Source: Candidatus Sericytochromatia bacterium
GTDB lineage: Bacteria; Cyanobacteriota; Sericytochromatia; S15B-MN24; JAQBPE01
Direction: 5' to 3'
DNA length: 50,446 nucleotides
NCBI GenBank assembly: GCA_040400605.1
Contig: JBBAPZ010000013.1
Coordinates: 50,289-100,734 of the forward strand
Shown here: positions 44,451 through 50,446 of the stretch, piece by piece
Numbering within the stretch: position 1 is the stretch's first letter
Layout of the letters: each line of letters starts with the position of its first letter
The notes under the pieces: model-generated
What the model was told of the DNA's origin: nothing
The model's database searches: none
What the model saw: only the letters and a program-made list of their open reading frames with translations
Made by a program: the position numbers and the translations under genes

Positions 44451-46574
44451 TCAGGCGCGTTGAGCGGCCGGCGCGTTTTCGGTGAGGAGTTCCACGATGC
44501 TTTGTGGGGTGACTTCGGTGATCAAATCCGCATACTTGCCATCGACCGTGATGAGCACATCCTCGTCATCAAGGCCTGGATACACCAATTGCAATGACGG
44601 GAGCAGGCCGCCCACCGTCAAGGTTTGGCTGCGATCCACGCTCAGACGCGCCCCGTTGGTGACCGGGGTGCTCACCGGTACAACATCTGTACCCATAATC
44701 ACCCGCAAAGACGGGTTTTCAACCGTCAGCCACGTGTCATTGACGCGTACATTGAGTTCTAGACAACCGGGCGCCAACACGTCCTTGATACTGGGCGGCG
44801 GCAGGTGCCGGGTTTTGGCCTCGATGACCTCGCCCCCTTGCAACTCGGTTGCGAGTGTGGCCACGTCACCATTGATTGTGACATCCAGTTTTTGCAGCGG
44901 CCATTCATGGCTGTCCTGGTCCAGCGAGAACTGCAAAACGACGGGGCCTGCGCCTAAGAGGCCGGCTTGGAGCAGCAACCCGTGGACGGTGCGATCCACC
45001 GTGATCGCATCGCCGTCCTGCAAATGGCGATCGCCCATCATCGGCTCGTCGTTGATCCGAATCAACGGCGGACAATCCATTCCCAGACCATTCAAGGTCA
45101 CAGGAATCGGTCGCAAATCCACCACATCCGACAACCGCAACGGCACCTCAGCCGCCCCCTCCTGCGGCACCACCACGCTCACCTGCGCCCCATCGCCCAG
45201 CAAGGTGTCCACCGTCGCGATCTGGCCATTTACCATAATGTGCGTGTGTCCACCCCCCGCCGCCGGATAGGGCCGCGTCTCACCGTTCACCTGCAACGTG
45301 ATCATCCGTCCGGGCTTGGCCGCCAACTGCGAGGGCTGATACCCAGCCACAACCAACGCATCCAATACCCGTGTCGCTCCCCAATCCTCCAGATTAATCA
45401 CCCGATCATCCACATACACCGTCAAAAATCGGAAGCCCGGCGCCTCATGTGCCGCCAGCGCAATGCCCACCGGCGTCACCCCCATCGGGCCCTGCAACAG
45501 CTCAGGGATGCTCTCCATCCGCTTGATCATCTCCGTGCCCCGCACCGCCACCCGATTGTCCGGCAACCCCAACGCCTTGGCCAGCATCGGCCCCAACGCC
45601 GGGAACAGACTGCCACCCCCAATCATGATCGCAGCCGCCGGCGGCTTGCCATTCAAACTTAAAATGTGTTCCGAAATTTGCGTCACCAAAGTCTCCACCG
45701 CACCGCGTACCTGCTGACGCACCGCCTCCGACGCAAAACTGTGCTGCAACCCCAACACATCCGTAAAAGTCACCGCACCCTCTTGGCTCAAAGCATGCTT
45801 GACCCGCTCAGCCTCCAAAAAGTCCAGCAAATAAGCCTCGGCCAGCGCTTCGGTGATCGCATCCCCCGCCTGCGGCACCATCGCATACGCCGTCACCGCC
45901 CCACCGTGCGTCAACGCGATGTCCGACGTCCCCGCACCAATGTCAATCAACGCCAGATTCAACGCACGCATATTCGGCGGCACCGCGGCGTTGATCGCCG
46001 CAATCGGCTCAAGCGTCAGATTCTGCACCTCCAACCCACTCTGATGACACACCGCCACCAACGAATCTGTCACCACCCGCGGCAAAAAAGTGGCAATCAA
46101 CTCCACCTCCATCACCCGCCCGCGCTGACCCTCCAGATTCCCAATCGGCTGACCATCCAAATAATAATGAACAATCGAATAACCCACACAGTGGTTATCC
46201 TGCCCCTTCAAACTCCCCACCGCATCCTGGATGGCCCGCAGCTCCAAGACACGTAACCGCTCCTTGTCAATGGTGTGCTCAAGCCCCACTTCGGCTGACG
46301 CCCGCGCCCGATTGGTCTGCAACGCGCGCCCGGCCGCTGCGATCGCCACCCGCGACAACGACATCCCACAAGCACTTTCAAGCTCCCGCTTGATTTCACG
46401 CACCACCCGCACGACTTTGGGAATGTCATGTATCTGACCATCCCGCATCGCACGTTCATCATGCTCACGCACCGCCATCGCCAGTACGCGCCAGCGTTCA
46501 CCCTCCGGCCGCGCCACCAGCCCGATTACATTCCGCGTACCAATGTCCAGCGCAAAAATCGGCGCAACCGACAT
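44451..46574 (-). CDS. FtsA-like actin-fold ATPase with C-terminal ThiS/ubiquitin-like repeats
   Basis: FALDIGTR, GQIHDI, LEPIAA, LIDIGAGTSD, AERVK and IGGGS actin-fold motifs; tail with ~5 I.VNG..A...T.L.DG..(I/V) repeats. Start ATG at 46574 after GGAGG. Confidence 0.85.
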   Translation of the reverse strand: MSVAPIFALDIGTRNVIGLVARPEGERWRVLAMAVREHDERAMRDGQIHDIPKVVRVVREIKRELESACGMSLSRVAIAAAGRALQTNRARASAEVGLEHTIDKERLRVLELRAIQDAVGSLKGQDNHCVGYSIVHYYLDGQPIGNLEGQRGRVMEVELIATFLPRVVTDSLVAVCHQSGLEVQNLTLEPIAAINAAVPPNMRALNLALIDIGAGTSDIALTHGGAVTAYAMVPQAGDAITEALAEAYLLDFLEAERVKHALSQEGAVTFTDVLGLQHSFASEAVRQQVRGAVETLVTQISEHILSLNGKPPAAAIMIGGGSLFPALGPMLAKALGLPDNRVAVRGTEMIKRMESIPELLQGPMGVTPVGIALAAHEAPGFRFLTVYVDDRVINLEDWGATRVLDALVVAGYQPSQLAAKPGRMITLQVNGETRPYPAAGGGHTHIMVNGQIATVDTLLGDGAQVSVVVPQEGAAEVPLRLSDVVDLRPIPVTLNGLGMDCPPLIRINDEPMMGDRHLQDGDAITVDRTVHGLLLQAGLLGAGPVVLQFSLDQDSHEWPLQKLDVTINGDVATLATELQGGEVIEAKTRHLPPPSIKDVLAPGCLELNVRVNDTWLTVENPSLRVIMGTDVVPVSTPVTNGARLSVDRSQTLTVGGLLPSLQLVYPGLDDEDVLITVDGKYADLITEVTPQSIVELLTENAPAAQRA

Positions 46575-46932
46575 CAAAGCGTTTCCTCCCCCACCCAAGC
46601 GGCACAAATCCGCACCAATTGTACCCGAATCCACCAGTTTACACAGCCAGGCAGCGCACACCCCGCGCCGCAAGTACCTTGTGCCTGCAAATACCCCGAC
46701 ACGCTTGCGCATCAAGCAGCGCAGAAACCCCAGTCAATCTGTGATTGTTTAAGCGGGTTATAAGACGTGATCAAAGCCCAAGGTTAATGCCTTAAAACTG
46801 GGCTAAGCCCGTGTTTTGACCCTTAAAAATGCTTGCAAGCCTTCGTTTGACCCACTATTTTAGCTGTCACGGATTACCGCGTTTTTATGACGGGCTGGCT
46901 GTTTGGCCAGGGTACTGCGACTGTGGGGGCTC

Positions 46933-49437
46933 ATGCGGCAAGTTAAACGTCTGTGGGTATTGGGTGTCGGGGTGCCAGTGCTGCTTGCGGCGTGTGCGCC
47001 GGCTGGAATTGGGGTTGGTCCCGCGCAACGGGTGCCGCAGGCGTTGCGAGACGATGCACGCGTGGAGGCTTCGAAGGGCGTATCTGCCTCGATGCTGGAT
47101 GCTTTGGCGGCCGATGTACCAAATCAGCCGTCACTCGCGCTCAGTGGAACGGTGCGGATTCCTGTACGGTGGGCAGGTGGTGGCATTGTTGGCAACAATG
47201 GTGGGTCGTTGATTGGCCACGGTGGTGGCCATCTGATTGGCAACAACACGGCGTCGGTGGTGTCGCACAATGGTGGCACGGTGACGCAAGGCAGCTGGGG
47301 TACAGAAGTGCCTTTGGCCTTTGCGACGGTGTCGTTGCGGGATGCAACCGGTGCGGTTTTGCAAGATGCCGAGGGGCGGCCGATGGTGACACAGACGGAT
47401 GCGGCGGGGCGTTACGGCTTTGCGGTGTTACCGGCTGGGGCCCACGTGGTTGTGACGGTGCAGGTGCCCGAGCAGTCGCAGCCCTTGCAGGCGTTTGTGG
47501 CGCGCGATCGCACCGGGGTTGAACGCGGCGTTGACCTCATCAGCACCCTCGTCATGACCTATTTGCAAGCGCGGTTCATCAACGGTTCGCAAGCCGTGTT
47601 TGACAAGCTGGATCCGTTGTTGGTGGAGCAGGCCCAAGACTGGCTGGTGGCGGCGCTTGTGCGTGATGGCGGGGCGCTGCCCGATACCTTGAGCGAGGCG
47701 AGTCTGGTTGCGTGGGTTGACCGTTTGCGGGCGGGTGATTCCAATGCCCAGACAATCTATGAACAGGTGCGCGCGCGCCTGGTGGTTGTGGGCGGGGTTG
47801 CTGCGATGCAGGGACGCGACTGCCTCGATTGGCGCCTCGATGAGGCCACCGCCCTCGTACGCCTCCCCGATGGCGCCTACTATATCTTTGAACGCCCCAA
47901 GCATCTCTTGTGGCATATAACAGCCGCCGGGCAGGTGCGTTTGGCGTTGGCGGGTCCGCAGTGGGGCTATGCCGGGCAAACGGCACCGGCTGAGGTGGCG
48001 CATTATCCGTCTGGCATGGTGGTGGATGCCACAGGCAATGTGTACGTGGCGGATACATGGAACCATCGCGTGGTGCGTTACCATCCCGAGCGTGGTGTGC
48101 AGGTGGTTGCGGGGGATGGTGGCGTGGAGGGGGTGCGATCGCTGCACTACCCCACGGGTCTTGCGTTGGGCGCAACGGGTGGTTTGCTGGTTTCTGACAC
48201 GCGAAATGGGCGCGTCGTGAAGGTGTCGGCGGATGGGGCCATGGCTGCTTTGTCTCTGCAGGGGGTCTCTACACTGGCGGAGCCGATGGGTATGGTTGCG
48301 GCGGGCGCTGGGTCGTGGTTGGTGGTGGAGCACGGGCGGGATCGGGTGTTGCGGGTGAGTGCCGATGGTGTGGTGCGGGTGCTGGAAGGGGCAGCCGTTG
48401 CGCAGCCGACCGTGATTGCGCGGCGTGGTGCGGGTGATTATGGAATATTGTCGGGCCGATCGCATCGGGTGTGGCGCTATCAAGGGGGGCAGTTGACTCC
48501 TTGGTCGTTGCCGGGTGTGGGTCAGCCTGTGTCGCTGGCGGCGGATGGGGGTGAACTATATGTAGGGGCAGCGGGGGTGTGGCGTGTGGGGGTCGCGCCT
48601 GAGCGGGTATTGGGGGCGACGCCTGAGCGTTTGCGTGCGGCTGGGGCGTTGCTGGATGCGCGTTCGCTCACGGTAAATAATGATGGGCGCTTGTTGATCG
48701 CGGATGCAGGTGGGCATGCGGTATTGGCGTATCGCGAGGGACAGGTGAGCCTGTATGCGGGCACAGGGGCGCCGGGTGGGGTTGAGCAGGGCGATCGCCT
48801 GAATGTGGCGGTTGCGGCGCCACAGGGTGTGGGCGTGGATGGCTCTGGGCAGGTATGGGTGTTGACGGGTGGGGCGCGACCGGGGGTTTTGCGGATCACC
48901 ACGGCGGGGCAGGCGTCTCGTGTGGCTGATGGGGCGCCCGGCGCGTCGCGGGATTGGGTGGTGTGGCCGGGTGCGCTTGGGGCGTGGTTGGCGCCTGATG
49001 CGGCGGGCATTCGGGTGTTGGGTGAGGATGGGGTGCGTGTTGAAACGGTAGCTGTGCCGGGTGTGCGGAAGTTGGGGGAGTTGCCGGGGGGTGGTCACTG
49101 GGTGCAGACGGCTGGTGAGTTGCGGGAGTGGGGTGGGAGTCGGGTGTGGTTGCGCGCGGAGGCGATCGCCCCTTGGTTTGCGTGGGATCGGATCCGCACG
49201 ATTCGTTTTGTGACCAAGACGCGGTGTTTTGTTGCGAGCGCGAACAGCATCGTGCAGGTGGAGGACGGTCGCGTCACCGCGGTTGCGGGTCACCACACCC
49301 TTTTGTTGAACGGGCAAGAACCGGATAGCGGCTTGTTTGATATCCAGGATTTGGCGTGGGTGGGTGCGCAGGGCCTGTATGTGCTGGAGCGCACGCAACT
49401 CAAATTGATCCCCACGGCGATGCTGCCCGGAACGTGA
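46933..49437 (+). CDS. Large lipoprotein with Gly/Asn octapeptide repeats, beta-sandwich domain and NHL beta-propeller
   Basis: Lipobox LLAAC; GIVGNNGG-SLIGHGGG-HLIGNNTA-SVVSHNGG repeats; TQTDAAGRY; NHL repeats such as YPSGMVVDATGNVYVADTWNHRV. Confidence 0.8.
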   Translation: MRQVKRLWVLGVGVPVLLAACAPAGIGVGPAQRVPQALRDDARVEASKGVSASMLDALAADVPNQPSLALSGTVRIPVRWAGGGIVGNNGGSLIGHGGGHLIGNNTASVVSHNGGTVTQGSWGTEVPLAFATVSLRDATGAVLQDAEGRPMVTQTDAAGRYGFAVLPAGAHVVVTVQVPEQSQPLQAFVARDRTGVERGVDLISTLVMTYLQARFINGSQAVFDKLDPLLVEQAQDWLVAALVRDGGALPDTLSEASLVAWVDRLRAGDSNAQTIYEQVRARLVVVGGVAAMQGRDCLDWRLDEATALVRLPDGAYYIFERPKHLLWHITAAGQVRLALAGPQWGYAGQTAPAEVAHYPSGMVVDATGNVYVADTWNHRVVRYHPERGVQVVAGDGGVEGVRSLHYPTGLALGATGGLLVSDTRNGRVVKVSADGAMAALSLQGVSTLAEPMGMVAAGAGSWLVVEHGRDRVLRVSADGVVRVLEGAAVAQPTVIARRGAGDYGILSGRSHRVWRYQGGQLTPWSLPGVGQPVSLAADGGELYVGAAGVWRVGVAPERVLGATPERLRAAGALLDARSLTVNNDGRLLIADAGGHAVLAYREGQVSLYAGTGAPGGVEQGDRLNVAVAAPQGVGVDGSGQVWVLTGGARPGVLRITTAGQASRVADGAPGASRDWVVWPGALGAWLAPDAAGIRVLGEDGVRVETVAVPGVRKLGELPGGGHWVQTAGELREWGGSRVWLRAEAIAPWFAWDRIRTIRFVTKTRCFVASANSIVQVEDGRVTAVAGHHTLLLNGQEPDSGLFDIQDLAWVGAQGLYVLERTQLKLIPTAMLPGT

Positions 49438-49737
49438 GCGCGGCTGCGGCGTGTGCGAACTCTCACATGGTGGATGTGACGCCGCGCACACTGCACGGGA
49501 TGTGATGGGTGTTATAACTGCATCGTGACGCTTCTGGTTCAGGTGATCCGGAGCATCGGTGGTTCCCGGGGACGGCCCGCGCAGGGTTGACAGTTCTGAA
49601 TGAGCCAGCTTACCATTTAAATATTCGTGGCAATTTTCGTTAAAATTTGGTTTCCGTAACACTGACGACGAGGCCCGAGTCCTGGTCCGATGTGAAGCAG
49701 TCGTCCCACACACATTCGAAAAGAGGAAAGAACAGCA

Positions 49738-50446
49738 ATGGCATTCTCTCGCAATTCGATGGCTGCCGCCATCGCGGGCTCGCTGTCGTTGGCGGTGTTG
49801 ACAGGTTGTAACCCGCCCGCAGCAATCCAGGCTCCCTCGGCGTCGCCTTCGGCGGCCCCTTCCGCCGCCGCTTCGCCTGCAGCTTCGCCTGCCGCGTCGC
49901 CGTCGGCTGTCGCGTCGCCCAGTGCTTCGGCAACCCCAGCGCCGGCCGTCTCCGCGCCTGCCGCTTCGGGTAAGACCGTGACGGTTTCTGGCAAAGTTTA
50001 TGATGAAGAAGGTGCTTTGGTTGATGGCGCGACCGTCACCATCAAGTCCTTGAATGATGCCCAGGCCTACAATGCCAGCGCGACCAGCGTTAATGGCAAC
50101 TACGTCTTCAACAGCGTTCCGGAAGGTGTCCAGGTGGCCATCACCGCGACCAAGGACAAGTGGACCTCGCGCACCCGGACCGAAGCGTTCCAAGCGTCGG
50201 CCACCAGCAAGAATGAAGTGGATTTTAACGGCGGTTACTTCATCTCGAAGTATCCTGAAATTGTTTCCACAACACCCGCGGAAGATGCGACCGGTGTTGA
50301 CGCTTCTAAGTTGAGCTACAAGTTGACCTTGTCGGAAGCGTTGGATGAGACCAACCGCCGTCGTTTCGAAGATGCCATCCGTTTGGTGCCTGCCAATGCG
50401 GCAGCGCAGGCGAACGGCGCGGCGCCAACCGATCTGGAAGATTCGA
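49738..50446 (+). CDS. Lipoprotein with Ser/Pro/Ala linker, carboxypeptidase-regulatory-like and Ig-like domains (runs off window)
   Basis: Not in the ORF track; translated by hand: MAFSRNSMAAAIAGSLSLAVLTGC, (SPAA)n linker, VSGKVYDEEGALVDGATVTI, PEIVSTTPAEDATGVD. GAGG RBS; no stop before the window end. Confidence 0.85.
   Translation, partial: MAFSRNSMAAAIAGSLSLAVLTGCNPPAAIQAPSASPSAAPSAAASPAASPAASPSAVASPSASATPAPAVSAPAASGKTVTVSGKVYDEEGALVDGATVTIKSLNDAQAYNASATSVNGNYVFNSVPEGVQVAITATKDKWTSRTRTEAFQASATSKNEVDFNGGYFISKYPEIVSTTPAEDATGVDASKLSYKLTLSEALDETNRRRFEDAIRLVPANAAAQANGAAPTDLEDS

Noticed and set aside
44451..46574. Canonical ftsA gene symbol
   Set aside because: It has a long atypical C-terminal tail and no dcw-cluster context.
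49830..49965. Repetitive (SPAA)n DNA as a VNTR or mobile repeat
   Set aside because: It is an ordinary low-complexity lipoprotein linker.
1..50446. CRISPR array or cas genes
   Set aside because: No regularly spaced direct repeats with unique spacers, and no Cas-like ORFs.

Overview
GC-rich bacterial chromosomal segment, densely coding, with no prophage, CRISPR array or intact transposase visible. It carries housekeeping genes (upp, cinA, rlmD, rsmI, ruvB, tRNA-Gly-GCC), three alpha-glucan enzymes (two GH57, one GH13 lipoprotein) and a LemA + three DUF3137 membrane cluster. Signalling genes include an OmpR-type two-component pair, STAS, a degenerate HD-GYP protein, a triple-HTH regulator and a 1848-aa kinase-STAND ATPase-TPR-GAF-GAF-HD-GYP protein. 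There are also two Fic genes, a secreted two-domain cyanophycinase beside a peptide-binding protein, an FtsA-like ATPase with a tail of ThiS/ubiquitin-like repeats, and several lipoproteins with NHL or carboxypeptidase-regulatory-like domains. The gene repertoire tentatively suggests a non-photosynthetic cyanobacterial relative such as Sericytochromatia (inference only). The most unusual signals are: (i) a kb-scale sawtooth G+T/C+A strand skew that flips at AT-rich intergenic sites regardless of gene orientation; (ii) a GH57 glucanotransferase homologue with its catalytic Glu replaced by Gly; (iii) a two-part dispersed repeat present in permuted order at 10.4 kb and 42.4 kb; (iv) a long nested hairpin (candidate ncRNA) upstream of upp; and (v) a triple-HTH regulator with a tripartite palindromic operator.
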